From IMG/VR virus record IMGVR_UViG_3300044999_000022, positions 1-64,000 of that record: a stretch of DNA of 64,000 nt. The stretch is one strand, 5' to 3'. The notes under the pieces are model-generated. The model worked only from the letters and a program-made list of their open reading frames with translations, had not been told where the DNA came from and did no database searches. The translations under genes and the position numbers were made by a program. Positions 35,150 to 44,994 of the stretch are shown here, one piece after another (the first letter of the stretch is position 1; each line of letters begins with the position of its first letter). Source of the DNA: a virus.

Positions 35150-38100
35150 ATGACCGACTCGCTCATCATTGGGAACGCGATAGAACTCATCGGGGAAGTA
35201 CCGTCAGTAAACCCGTTGTGCCTGGGAGCGATCTACGGCATTAGCTCGGAGGCGCATAGCGGCGGCGGTGAGTTGGGCGCGGACATGGGTAACCTTAGTC
35301 TCGGCGCTCCACAGCCTACTACGGACTTCGTCGCGTCCTTGATCCTAGATGGAGAGCGCCCGTTTGGGCGGCGAGCTAGTAACCGAACAATAACGCTGCC
35401 GATAAGTATCAGGGCTACGAGCAGGAACACCCTGGTAGCTGCGCGAGAAGTGCTGCTACACACTGTCGATCAGGATATCTGGACGCTGACCTGGACACAT
35501 GATCCCGGACCAGGCGGCACGCCGCTCCCATTGGTCATTGACTGCTTCCGGGCCCAGCCGACGGTCGCTGCATACAGCCTCATCGACGAGGGTCAGTACT
35601 TCATGCAGTTGGGGTTGACGATCCCGGCCAAGCCGTACGCCCGGTCAGATAAGCAGTCCCAGATCAGCTTTGCATCACCAGCTCCCATACCGTCACTAGC
35701 TCCGCCGCCTCCTCCCGCGCCCGTTACGATTGACACGTTCTCGACAATATCAAGCGGTCTGTGCAGGCAATCGACGCAGTGTGTCGTCGGACCGAACACG
35801 CTGGTATGGGACCCTGATACTTTTGGCGATCCGGGCGGCCAAGTAACGCCGTTTACCTATACGGCGACGCTACCGTCTCCGGTGGACATAACCGGGATGA
35901 CTGCGCTGCAGTTCTGGCTGGGGCTGGGTAGCCGGTACTATACTAATCTGGAGTATCAAGGCAGGACTAACGGAGCGGACATCTACGTTACCCTGACCGA
36001 CATAAACGGGGTCACGCTCCCGGTATCGCGCAGTCATGTACGCGCTCCTATAAGTCCGACATCGCAAGTTCCGGTCTTCTCAAGGATCAGCATTCCGCTT
36101 CCGAACGGGTTCCCGCTCTTTGACTACAGACACGTTGCTTCCTACAACATCTTTATGTGCAACCGCCAGGACAGAGGACAGCGCCGCTTCTCCTGGTGCA
36201 CCGTATATATAGATAACGTTGTTACGCTCCCCTCGAGCCAGACAGTCTCACCGGCAGTGCGCGGATTCGTCTATACTCTATACGGACTACAGGGCACGGC
36301 TAGAGCGTTGATCTCAGGAGCGTTTCAGCAGCCCCCGACTCCCGGGACACCGACTACGATAACCTCTACAGGAGTTGGGGCATACACGGTTCCTGCGAAC
36401 ACTGCGTTCCTAAAGGTGGAGGGAATCGGGGGTGCCGGCGCCGGGGCGAGCATGACCGTCTCTGGATTCGGTGGTGGTGGCGGAAGTGCTGAGTACTCCC
36501 GCGAGAATGTCTTTCCTTGCCAGCCTGGTGATGTTATCCCGTATAACGTAGGCGCAGGAGGCACTCCTGGAGCAGTTCCTGTTAATGGCGGTCCGACAGT
36601 CTTTGGTCCGAACGGTGCTAACCCGCTTGTCCTGATTGCCAACGGCGGATTCTCGGCCGCCCAGAACTCGACCATTGGAGGCCTTCCCGGTACCGGGTCG
36701 ACGAACAGCGTTCATTTCTCTGGGGCGCAAGGACGGACTGCTAGTGGTTCGGTAGGCGGCGGCGGAGCGAGCTCCGGCGGGAACAGCTCAGCTGGCCAGT
36801 CGCCGCAGGGGACCATGAACACGACATTCACTACTCCAGGCGTGAATGTCTGGGTATGCCCCGCTGGAGTGTTCCAGGTATATGCGCAGCCTACCGCCGG
36901 AGGCGGTTCTGGTGCGACTGGTGGGAGCGGGCTGCGGGGTAGTGCTGGTGGCGGTGGAGAGTCTGCTGGCGGCTTTGCTAACACTACGCCCGGCAATAGC
37001 TACAACGTAGTCGTTGGCGCTGGGGGCGCTAGCGTATCTGGAACAGACGTTAACGGCAATCCCGGACTGGCGTCGTCGTTCCCCGGCGATAACGTTACGA
37101 TCGCAGCGAACCCGGGTCAGGGCGGGACTCCAGGGTCGTACTTCAGCGGTAACAATGGAGGGCTAGGCGGTTTTGGAAGTACGGCCCCCACACACTTTCC
37201 TGGGGGCCAAGGCGGGCGGTCGTCCCCCTATGAAGGCGGCGGAGGGTCGTCTGCAGGCACCAGCTCCGCAGGCAATCCTGGTGATGGATACGGTGACGGC
37301 GGACCGGCGCCATCTGGTGGAGGCTCAGGCGGCCAAGGCCCAGGAGGACCCGGTTCGACTCCGGGCGGCGGCGGCGCTGGATCGCCGAACTCGTCCGCTT
37401 CAGGCGCAGGAGCTACCGGACAAGTCGTACTGATCTATCCAGGCGGGGCACCTACAAATAACGGCGCAGCTGCGGTGGCCGGCGGAGGTGCTGGCGGAGC
37501 TGGTGGCGGATCGGCGAACACTCCTGGAGCAGCGGGGAGCCAACCGGGAGGTGCAGGCGGCGGCGCGGACTCTTCAGGAACACCTGAGGCTGGTGGGGTT
37601 GGCGGAGCCGGCCAGTTGATCATTACGCCGTACCAGAGCGCCCCGTTCAAGAACCTGATCGTCCACCGCCCGCCGCTCGGTACTCCTACCACTTTCCAGC
37701 CTATGGTGTCGGTCGGTGCGGGAAGCGATGCCCCCGATGGGACGCACGAGTATCGGATGCCGCAGTTGTCATCCGGAGTCAATGCAGACTTCGGAGGCAC
37801 CTATACCATTTACTTGATCAACGCGACATGGTCCGGGAGCACGAGCCGCCAGATTACGGTTACTGTTAACCAGTATGAGTATCCGGGGGGTCCGAAGTAC
37901 AGCGTTTCCACACTGCCGATCACGATCACGCCCTCCCAGGTCATTAACGGTGTAGTCACTGCTGGAGTGCTTACGCTGCCAATAAAGGCTGTCCCTCCGG
38001 ACAATACGGGTAGCTACTTTACGGTAACCCCGTTTGACTCGAACAGCTCGGACCGTTTCTATGACTGCCTCTTCCTGGATACGATGGGTGAGTCGGTTAT

Positions 38101-38362
38101 TGTCAACGAACCGACACAGGGATATGTTACCTACTACGCAGATGCACCGCTACCGAACTATGACCTCGGATTGATCTTGGGCAGCCAGAACGGACGCGCG
38201 AACGCAATTAGCGTCCTCGACGCAACGATCCTGTCAGGAGGCGCCTTGACTATCGAGCCTGCCGACGGCGACAACCAGTTGTTCGCCTACTCTGCCGACG
38301 GGCTGGCTCCGGCCATCGCGTTCAACTACTATCCGTACTGGTTCTTCGACAGGTACCAGTGA
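35150..38362 (+). CDS. Distal tail (Dit-like) protein with inserted Gly-rich domains
   Basis: Follows TMP; NRTITLPI Dit-like N-terminus; nested Gly-rich blocks. Confidence 0.7.
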   Translation: MTDSLIIGNAIELIGEVPSVNPLCLGAIYGISSEAHSGGGELGADMGNLSLGAPQPTTDFVASLILDGERPFGRRASNRTITLPISIRATSRNTLVAAREVLLHTVDQDIWTLTWTHDPGPGGTPLPLVIDCFRAQPTVAAYSLIDEGQYFMQLGLTIPAKPYARSDKQSQISFASPAPIPSLAPPPPPAPVTIDTFSTISSGLCRQSTQCVVGPNTLVWDPDTFGDPGGQVTPFTYTATLPSPVDITGMTALQFWLGLGSRYYTNLEYQGRTNGADIYVTLTDINGVTLPVSRSHVRAPISPTSQVPVFSRISIPLPNGFPLFDYRHVASYNIFMCNRQDRGQRRFSWCTVYIDNVVTLPSSQTVSPAVRGFVYTLYGLQGTARALISGAFQQPPTPGTPTTITSTGVGAYTVPANTAFLKVEGIGGAGAGASMTVSGFGGGGGSAEYSRENVFPCQPGDVIPYNVGAGGTPGAVPVNGGPTVFGPNGANPLVLIANGGFSAAQNSTIGGLPGTGSTNSVHFSGAQGRTASGSVGGGGASSGGNSSAGQSPQGTMNTTFTTPGVNVWVCPAGVFQVYAQPTAGGGSGATGGSGLRGSAGGGGESAGGFANTTPGNSYNVVVGAGGASVSGTDVNGNPGLASSFPGDNVTIAANPGQGGTPGSYFSGNNGGLGGFGSTAPTHFPGGQGGRSSPYEGGGGSSAGTSSAGNPGDGYGDGGPAPSGGGSGGQGPGGPGSTPGGGGAGSPNSSASGAGATGQVVLIYPGGAPTNNGAAAVAGGGAGGAGGGSANTPGAAGSQPGGAGGGADSSGTPEAGGVGGAGQLIITPYQSAPFKNLIVHRPPLGTPTTFQPMVSVGAGSDAPDGTHEYRMPQLSSGVNADFGGTYTIYLINATWSGSTSRQITVTVNQYEYPGGPKYSVSTLPITITPSQVINGVVTAGVLTLPIKAVPPDNTGSYFTVTPFDSNSSDRFYDCLFLDTMGESVIVNEPTQGYVTYYADAPLPNYDLGLILGSQNGRANAISVLDATILSGGALTIEPADGDNQLFAYSADGLAPAIAFNYYPYWFFDRYQ

Positions 38363-38363
38363 T

Positions 38364-40523
38364 ATGACAGCTCCTGTTCAGACCGTCGCAGGCAATAGTA
38401 CTAGTAGCGGTACCCTGACGCTAACACTAGCGAGCAATATTACTCCCGGCAATACTCTTGTTTTCTGTGTAGCCGGTATCGATGCCAACCAGACCCCAGA
38501 CCCGCCGGCTCCCTCCTCCGGCAGCGATACTTTTTTGCTAGCAACGGGGACTACCTCTGGAGCGGCCGCCTCAATTTGGTATGTACTGTCTTCTGGAGGC
38601 GGCTACAAGTCCGTTTCCATTACGAATACGGCTGGCGGTTCTGAGGGCATAGCAGGCTGGCTCTACGAGATGCCTACCGCAAGCGCGCTCGATCGAACAG
38701 CGTTCAACGGCGGGACCGGCGGCAGCTCGTTCAACTCGAGCGCGACTAGTACTACAGCACAGGCGTCCGAGTTCGCTATCGGGGTCGGAACAGGTGATAA
38801 TGGGACCGGCGCGTCGACTGCTACCGGTCCCAGCTCGCCGTGGACGAACCTCGCGCATGAAGATCCTGAATGGACCCCGGGTCCGTCGTGGACCCCGTCA
38901 GTATCTGGCTGGCTATCCCTGTCCTCTACGCAGACAGTTACTTACTCAGGTACACTGTCTACTACCCAGTTCGTCTGGGGCGCGTGTGTCGCTACCTTTA
39001 AGGTCGGCGGGACGCACAGCGGAACCTCAACCTTGAGCGGGTCTGGGTCGCTGACAGGAATGGGAGACTTCGCCGGATCGGGAAGTCTTTCGGGCACCGG
39101 GACGCTCGGCGTCTCAGGGATCTTGCTAGGAACGGGAGCACAGCTAAGCGGTTCGGGTACTCTGCAGGCCACGATCATCGGGACGCAGCAAGAGACGGCC
39201 ACCTTTGTAGGCTCGGGTACGCTAACGGCCGCCTCAGTTGGAGTCGTCCCTGGAGCCGGAGCGCTCAGCGGCCAAGGTACTCTAGGGGGCAAGCTGACCC
39301 TAGGGTTCAAGGAAGGCTTGTCTGGTGTTGGGACTCTAGGACTTATCGGAGCCGGCGGCGTCGCTGCGTCCGCCGGCTTCGATACCACGTATGCGTTCCC
39401 GGGGACCAGCCAGGTTGCGGTAGCCGCACCAGGGTCCAGTTTCTGGTACTATCTGGGGTCGCTTGGTGTAGTAACGGCACTAACATACAGCTTTGTCTGC
39501 CCTGGCGGCTGCGACCAGATGACGGCGACTATAATGGTGCCCGCCGAGTATCGTACACAGCTGTTCGACGTTGGATGGCGGGTCCGGATTTACCGCGGAG
39601 GCCATACTGTATGGACGGGAAAGCTAGATGAGCCCCAACCTAGTGCGGATGGCTGGACGCTTACCGCGGTCGGTGACGGCAATCGTGGAACGGACTTCGT
39701 AGCATACTATACCGATACCTGGCCTATAGGGCAGCCCGACGAGGCGGTCAATCTAGCGATCGCACGCGGATTGCCTTGGAACAATCCGGGTATCGGGACT
39801 CCGTCCGGGATGTGGCTCGGACAGGAAGTCGACTCCGGAGCACAGACGGTCACTGACCTGCTCAACCTGGTGTGTACTCGAGGCGGCTTGACCTGGTATG
39901 TAAACAGCCAGCCGGGCGGCCCTCCCGGCCCTGACCTATCAGTGTTCCCCCTGCCGATGACAGTCAATCGCGTGATCGTTTCTACCAATCCAGCACCACG
40001 GTCGCTCGGCGGGGACATCAACACGATCTTTATACGGTATGAGGTCTCGGCCGCCTCGTCAACTGTTAGTGGCAGTACAGCTATCTACGGGACTACTATG
40101 GTCCAGAATGCGGCCTCGGTGGCTGCTCACGGCGAGCTAGAAGCGTACCTTGACCTGTCCAGCGCCAACGTTATGACGCAGGCAGCTGCACAAGCGGTCG
40201 GCAACTATGTTCTAGGCATCTATCAGCGGGCCAGCTTCACGGGACCGTTTACCGGTCGTCATGGACAGTTGCTCAACGTCGGAGGCCAGCCTATCGATCC
40301 GGGTACTGATCAGGCCGGCACTGTTGCGCGTCTTGTCCTCACGGACTTTGCCTATGGAGGCGAGGTCACTCCCCAGTTCCCGGTTACGTTTATCGTCGGT
40401 AACTACGGTTGGGACGACTTCGCGCAGCAATTTACGGCTACGCCGTATCAGGCCCTAGACGAGTCGATATCCGGACTGCTGTCTATGGAGTCGACAGTGC
40501 TTACACCAATAACGACGAACTAG
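38364..40523 (+). CDS. Minor tail protein (N-terminal beta domain, SGxGTL repeats, C-terminal hub/Tal-like region)
   Basis: Position; PGGC..VRIYRGG..VWTGKLDEP hub-like motif. Confidence 0.7.
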   Translation: MTAPVQTVAGNSTSSGTLTLTLASNITPGNTLVFCVAGIDANQTPDPPAPSSGSDTFLLATGTTSGAAASIWYVLSSGGGYKSVSITNTAGGSEGIAGWLYEMPTASALDRTAFNGGTGGSSFNSSATSTTAQASEFAIGVGTGDNGTGASTATGPSSPWTNLAHEDPEWTPGPSWTPSVSGWLSLSSTQTVTYSGTLSTTQFVWGACVATFKVGGTHSGTSTLSGSGSLTGMGDFAGSGSLSGTGTLGVSGILLGTGAQLSGSGTLQATIIGTQQETATFVGSGTLTAASVGVVPGAGALSGQGTLGGKLTLGFKEGLSGVGTLGLIGAGGVAASAGFDTTYAFPGTSQVAVAAPGSSFWYYLGSLGVVTALTYSFVCPGGCDQMTATIMVPAEYRTQLFDVGWRVRIYRGGHTVWTGKLDEPQPSADGWTLTAVGDGNRGTDFVAYYTDTWPIGQPDEAVNLAIARGLPWNNPGIGTPSGMWLGQEVDSGAQTVTDLLNLVCTRGGLTWYVNSQPGGPPGPDLSVFPLPMTVNRVIVSTNPAPRSLGGDINTIFIRYEVSAASSTVSGSTAIYGTTMVQNAASVAAHGELEAYLDLSSANVMTQAAAQAVGNYVLGIYQRASFTGPFTGRHGQLLNVGGQPIDPGTDQAGTVARLVLTDFAYGGEVTPQFPVTFIVGNYGWDDFAQQFTATPYQALDESISGLLSMESTVLTPITTN

Positions 40524-40533
40524 GGAGGTTCGC

Positions 40534-41004
40534 ATGCGAAGGGTTCTTTTGGTCCTGATCGTCTTGCTAGCAGTCCGGCTGATACCGAAAGTGCTCCGGA
40601 AAGAAGCTCTCGTACTAGAGCTGCTCATGCTGCTGGTACAAGTGAGTGCGCTGGCCGCCAAGAACACTTCCAAAGCAACCTCAACAGAGCAGCGCACTAC
40701 GGCCCTAGAAGCGCGAACTAGCGCTACGGCGGTCAAGGTGTCTAATGTAGTGGCCGGTAAGACTGGCTTCGCAAACGCCCTCGGTTACGGGCCTACTAGT
40801 ACTGCTAACATCGGTACGACTAGTGGTCCCGATAGTGGAGGTACCGGTTTCTATAGCTTCTCTACCGGGCCGCAAATCGGCGGCGCAGCGGCCCACGTAC
40901 ACAACGGCACCCTTCCCAATCTGCCGAGTGCGACCCACATTCACGACTTCGGCGGGCATACCCACGACTTTGGCGGTCACAAGCACCCGAGCACAGGCGG
41001 GTAA
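40534..41004 (+). CDS. Minor tail/fibre-tip-like protein
   Basis: HxH repeats (HVH, HIHDFGGHTHDFGGHKH) typical of metal-coordinated fibre tips. Confidence 0.55.
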   Translation: MRRVLLVLIVLLAVRLIPKVLRKEALVLELLMLLVQVSALAAKNTSKATSTEQRTTALEARTSATAVKVSNVVAGKTGFANALGYGPTSTANIGTTSGPDSGGTGFYSFSTGPQIGGAAAHVHNGTLPNLPSATHIHDFGGHTHDFGGHKHPSTGG

Positions 41005-41040
41005 ACCCATTCGGTCACGTAACCAGATAGGAGAACTGTA

Positions 41041-41310
41041 ATGCTAGTCAGGTGTAAGATCGGCGGCGAGATGATCGACGCCCCCGAAGGGCAGGACGCG
41101 CACAGGGTGCTGGATCTCTCCGGCTGCTCGCACTGCGTAGACAACCACCCCCTGGAGGTGAGCTGTCGGGAGACTGCGGCAGCTTGTCCTCGCACTCATA
41201 TGGGACCGTGTTGGAATCCTCCGAACGTCCCCGAACGGCCGGCTGGCTGTACTGTCTGCCGCCCGATCCTGTTCCTGCCGAACGTCAACCTGATCTTCGA
41301 CGGGGTTTAG
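41041..41310 (+). CDS. Small Cys/His-rich protein
   Basis: AGGAG RBS; eight Cys including CSHC and CTVC. Confidence 0.6.
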   Translation: MLVRCKIGGEMIDAPEGQDAHRVLDLSGCSHCVDNHPLEVSCRETAAACPRTHMGPCWNPPNVPERPAGCTVCRPILFLPNVNLIFDGV

Positions 41311-41319
41311 GAGCCATCC

Positions 41320-41778
41320 ATGGCTAACATGTCTGATCAGACCTGGGTCAACTGGATACTTCAGGCCTGGTTTAGCGGTACCACGGTCGTTACGTTCACT
41401 CCAGGGACGAGCGGCGGAGCTGCTATGGTCATCAGCCCTCCGTACCACCTGAGGCTGATGACCACACAGGGTTCCAACACGTCCAACGGTACCGAGGCAA
41501 CCTCGGGTAACTGCCCAGGATACACCGCTGGTGGCTCCACTCTCGGTGCGCAGTTCTGCGTCACCCCGTCTGGAGGACAGCAGACCAACACGAACTCGGT
41601 GTCGTGGAGCGCGACCGGTGGGTGGACGGCAATTCCGTCCATCGAGGTCTGGGACACTGCAGCGACGCCGCTTCGTAAGCTGCAAGGAGCGTTGTCGAGC
41701 AGTATCACCGGCGTGACCAACGGCGATACTGTGCAGTTCGCGGTGGCCGCAATTACCGTGAATGCTTCGGCCTGGTAG
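41320..41778 (+). CDS. Probable tail-fibre subunit
   Basis: LRLMT..EAT..GY..NTNSVSW..VWD..GAL..NGDTVQF..ITV pattern. Confidence 0.6.
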   Translation: MANMSDQTWVNWILQAWFSGTTVVTFTPGTSGGAAMVISPPYHLRLMTTQGSNTSNGTEATSGNCPGYTAGGSTLGAQFCVTPSGGQQTNTNSVSWSATGGWTAIPSIEVWDTAATPLRKLQGALSSSITGVTNGDTVQFAVAAITVNASAW

Positions 41779-41784
41779 GCGTAG

Positions 41785-42024
41785 ATGCACTGGCTATATC
41801 ACTGGGTATGGTTGGACTTCTACGTACCGATATGGCCGAACATCGCTGCGTCGATTCTCTGTGCAAGCTGGGTCGTGGTCCGCCTACGCAAGCTCAGACA
41901 ACTGCATATACAGCATCATCAAGAACTTCTCGATGCGCAACAGACTCACCACGAGGCCTTGAAGAAGCACATCGAGACGCTGGTCGGCGGACAAGGCGGA
42001 CGAAAGGAAGGAGGCGGACAATGA
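41785..42024 (+). CDS. Membrane protein (holin-associated)
   Basis: TM segment then His-rich coiled coil; precedes lysis genes. Confidence 0.55.
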   Translation: MHWLYHWVWLDFYVPIWPNIAASILCASWVVVRLRKLRQLHIQHHQELLDAQQTHHEALKKHIETLVGGQGGRKEGGGQ

Positions 42025-42182
42025 ATGCAGCAACGATCGCAGCGGTGTCAACAGCAGCTGTTGCGATCCTCGGCGCCGTCGCGGGCGTCATCAAGGCTTG
42101 GCAGGCAGGCAAGTCGGCGACGAAGACGCAGGCCGCGCTACAGGATCACCTAGCGAGCGAACACGTGGAGGTGAAGCCGTGA
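42021..42182 (+). CDS. Small holin-like membrane protein
   Basis: AAGGAGG RBS, one TM, overlaps endolysin start. Confidence 0.55.
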   Translation: MNAATIAAVSTAAVAILGAVAGVIKAWQAGKSATKTQAALQDHLASEHVEVKP

Positions 42183-43051
42183 TCATCGACTACTCAACAG
42201 CCAGACCGTCTATGGCAGCGCTGCGAGCGGCCGGTGTTACGGCTGTCGGCAGGTACATCGGATGGGATAGTGTGTCCGGCTTCCCGTCGATCGGGAAGAA
42301 CATCTCCACAAGCGAGATCGCCGAGCTACACGGTGCCGGCATCACTCCATTCGTGTCGTTTGAGTATGCGTCTGACGCACCCTCTCGCGGCTCGGGGCAG
42401 GGCAGCGCGGATGGGAACCTGGCCACGAAGCAAATGGCCGCCCTAGGCGCTCCGCCACTGCTCGGCGTGTACTTCGCGTGCGACTGGGACATGCCGGACT
42501 ACGACCCGGGACTGCCGGACACGGCAGCGAATGCGCGGAAGAAGCTGGGCCCCGTTGGGGACTACTTCGCCACGATCAACGAGCAGGCGCCGACCTATCG
42601 CGTAGGTGGGTACGGTAGTTACTACGCCGTCAAGAGGCTGTTCGACGCCGGGCTCATTACGCTGGGCTGGCAGACGGTGGCCTGGTCCGGCGGCCAGCGG
42701 GACACCCGCGCACAGCTGTACCAAACAACGGGGCACGTCTCCATCGGAGGCGCTGACCTCGACATCCATGAAGGGAACGCTGCTGACTTCGGCCAGTGGA
42801 TCACTACCCAGCCCGTGACAAACTGGACGGAGACACTAGTGGAACTGCTACCCGTACTTCAGCAGGGGGCGACCGGCGCGGACGCCAAGTCAGCTCAGGG
42901 ACTCCTGGGAGCGCGTGGGCACGTCGTCGCAGTCGACGGCAACTTCGGCCCGGCTACCAAGGCCGCGGTCCAGGCCTTCCAGACCGCCAGCGGTCTGGCC
43001 AACGACGGGATCGTCGGTCAGCAGACCTGGACGAAGCTACTGAACAGGTAG
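42179..43051 (+). CDS. Endolysin: DUF1906 (GH25-like) domain + peptidoglycan-binding domain
   Basis: IDYS..GRY, VYFACD.D, GGYG, WQTVAWSGG; C-terminal VDGNFGPATKAAVQAFQ..DGIVGQQTW. Confidence 0.9.
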   Translation: MIIDYSTARPSMAALRAAGVTAVGRYIGWDSVSGFPSIGKNISTSEIAELHGAGITPFVSFEYASDAPSRGSGQGSADGNLATKQMAALGAPPLLGVYFACDWDMPDYDPGLPDTAANARKKLGPVGDYFATINEQAPTYRVGGYGSYYAVKRLFDAGLITLGWQTVAWSGGQRDTRAQLYQTTGHVSIGGADLDIHEGNAADFGQWITTQPVTNWTETLVELLPVLQQGATGADAKSAQGLLGARGHVVAVDGNFGPATKAAVQAFQTASGLANDGIVGQQTWTKLLNR

Positions 43052-43061
43052 CACCCTAAAC

Positions 43062-43106
43062 GTCGGCGCTGGTCTCCGGAAGTCCGCCCCGGAGGCCAGC
43101 GCTGAC
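43062..43106. terminator. Long hairpin between convergent operons (bidirectional terminator)
   Basis: GTCGGCGCTGGTCTCCGG / CCGGAGGCCAGCGCTGAC inverted repeat with two G-U pairs. Confidence 0.75.
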
Positions 43107-43322
43107 TTATAGGTCCCTCGTTCCGGTTATGCGCGGACGGGCTGAGCTGCCTTCACGGTGGATGTGAAGGTCGGTTACGAGCACCTCACTAACTGGAGGC
43201 TCGCGGTCCCTAACCCTGTTCAGACGCAGCGACACTTCATCGGCCGCTCCTCCCATTGTTAGCGAACCGGCTATGGTAAACACGATCGTCGCGGTAACGG
43301 TGTACTGCTCGATTTTAGGCAT
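43107..43322 (-). CDS. Hypothetical protein
   Basis: ORF track; last gene of leftward arm. Confidence 0.5.
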   Translation of the reverse strand: MPKIEQYTVTATIVFTIAGSLTMGGAADEVSLRLNRVRDREPPVSEVLVTDLHIHREGSSARPRITGTRDL

Positions 43323-43600
43323 AAGTTAACCGCTCCCGGATTCTCCCCGAGGAACTTTGCTTGTATTGCTGCCAGCTCAAGCGCATGCAATACGCGATGG
43401 ACAGCCTCCTCCGCGTCCTCCTTTGTCTGTATTAGCATCACGAGGTTGACGACCAATGCGCCGATCTCGACAGCTGTCCATACCTCGAATGTCTCGATGA
43501 ACTTGTGTAGGAACTCTTCGACTACAGGCTGAGCTGTCTCTTTGTTAGTCGCCGCTACGCCGCGGTGAATGAGGTCGTACAGCTCGTCAATTGTGGCCAC
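43271..43600 (-). CDS. Hypothetical helical protein
   Basis: AGGAGG RBS; weak paralog of 43587..43880. Confidence 0.6.
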   Translation of the reverse strand: MATIDELYDLIHRGVAATNKETAQPVVEEFLHKFIETFEVWTAVEIGALVVNLVMLIQTKEDAEEAVHRVLHALELAAIQAKFLGENPGAVNLCLKSSSTPLPRRSCLP

Positions 43601-43880
43601 GGCGAATGAACCTCCTGATCTCTTCCAGGCCTTCCATAAAGGTTTCCAGCCTGTTCAGCTCGCCGAGCGCTTCAACGGCGCGCCGAAACGGGCCCTGAGC
43701 GTGTGGGTCGCGCTTGCGCAGAAAGTAGCCAGCGTATGTAAATAGCGACCCCAGCTCCTCATCGGTCCAGTCTTTGAAGGCTTCCCCGATCCTCTGTACC
43801 TGTTCATGCGCTGCTTCTTCTGACTCCAAGCCGTTCTTGTCTGTCAGCGCGAGCCGCAGGTCATCCAGACTTTCGATCAT
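43587..43880 (-). CDS. Hypothetical helical protein
   Basis: AAGGAG RBS; F..WT..E.G.L motif shared with neighbour. Confidence 0.6.
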   Translation of the reverse strand: MIESLDDLRLALTDKNGLESEEAAHEQVQRIGEAFKDWTDEELGSLFTYAGYFLRKRDPHAQGPFRRAVEALGELNRLETFMEGLEEIRRFIRRGHN

Positions 43881-44124
43881 TCCGCTCCTTGTGGGCAGCT
43901 CGGATGTCTTCTAGTGCGACTACGGGGCGGTCCTTGACGTCATAGTGTACGTGGCCGCCGGTCTCTAGATACCGCGCGTACCCCTTAGCCGGTCCGTGAA
44001 TCAGCTGTAGAGCTGTACATGTGGCATGCTCTTCGAGCAGCATAGCTATGGCAGTGATCTTCTCTTCCGTGGTCAGGCCGGCCTCGCCGAGCTCGTCGAC
44101 ACGTATCCAGGTCAGGTCAGTCAC
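43861..44124 (-). CDS. Hypothetical protein
   Basis: ORF track, overlapping-gene arrangement. Confidence 0.55.
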   Translation of the reverse strand: MTDLTWIRVDELGEAGLTTEEKITAIAMLLEEHATCTALQLIHGPAKGYARYLETGGHVHYDVKDRPVVALEDIRAAHKERNDRKSG

Positions 44125-44672
44125 TGCGGTCCTGAAAACGGCGAAGTTGACGAGCGATCTCGTCCCGTGATGGGAGGCGAAGTTCCTCGACGGGTCCCCC
44201 TACTGAGGGCGACCATGACGGCCCCATGTCGACGTAGCCCTTCGCGACCTCGACGGGCGGAGGCGAATCCGCCCCAAGCATGTCCATCGGAGGGCTGACA
44301 TACCCTCCATACTGATACTGGAGGCCTGCAGGTGAGTCGTCCTGGTAGAGCCCGCTTGGACTGGCCCCCAGGTACGGGTCGCCGTATATTGAGCGACGGT
44401 CGAACTCCCTAGCCATCCGGTCGTGGTATTGGTGACGCGTCAGCTGACGCTCTATGCCTAGAACGGGATGTTGCCTATAGTCGCGATTGGGAGCGCGTAC
44501 CAGCTCGGGTCCTCTGCACCAGGTACAGAGCTGATCTTCTTCAGTAGCGCGCCTCTGGCAGGGGTGGCCGAAGTCGCACTGGCACCTGAAGTGTTCATCC
44601 TCGGCTATAACGAACTCTACCCCGTCTATCTTATCGAACTGGTCGCGTTGCATATGCGTCCAGCAGGACATC
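44117..44672 (-). CDS. Hypothetical Cys-rich protein (MSCWTH...)
   Basis: GGGAGG RBS; CQC..PC..LCTWC. Confidence 0.55.
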
Positions 44673-44681
44673 TGTGCCTCC

Positions 44682-44868
44682 CTAGTCGGGATAGTCGCCG
44701 TAGTCTTCACGTCGCACGACTTCCCCACTGGCGCGCAGCGTAGGAACTGGCCGCTTAGCTAGCTGCTGCAGGTGCTGTTGTGCAAGATACGTTAGACAGA
44801 TAGCTACCGTGATGAGGATAGCGCCCCCCATGACGATTGCGGTCACAATAACATCGTTAATGTCCATA
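44682..44868 (-). CDS. Small membrane protein (MDINDVIVTA...)
   Basis: AGGAG RBS; single TM. Confidence 0.55.
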
Positions 44869-44875
44869 TAGATCT

Positions 44876-44983
44876 CCTGAGTGACAGGCGCCCCCGGGGG
44901 AGCGGGAACGGGGGGCGCCTGCCACGTCCTCAGGCAGAGGGACCCGACCCATTCTGCACCCACGCTTCCTGCTCGGGTCCCTC
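44876..44983 (-). terminator. Double-hairpin intergenic structure after the vWA gene
   Basis: Stem 1 GAGGGACCCGA/TCGGGTCCCTC; stem 2 CAGGCGCCCCC/GGGGGCGCCTG extended by CCTGAG/CTCAGG; no U-tract. Confidence 0.55.
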
Positions 44984-44994
44984 CACGTCATGGG

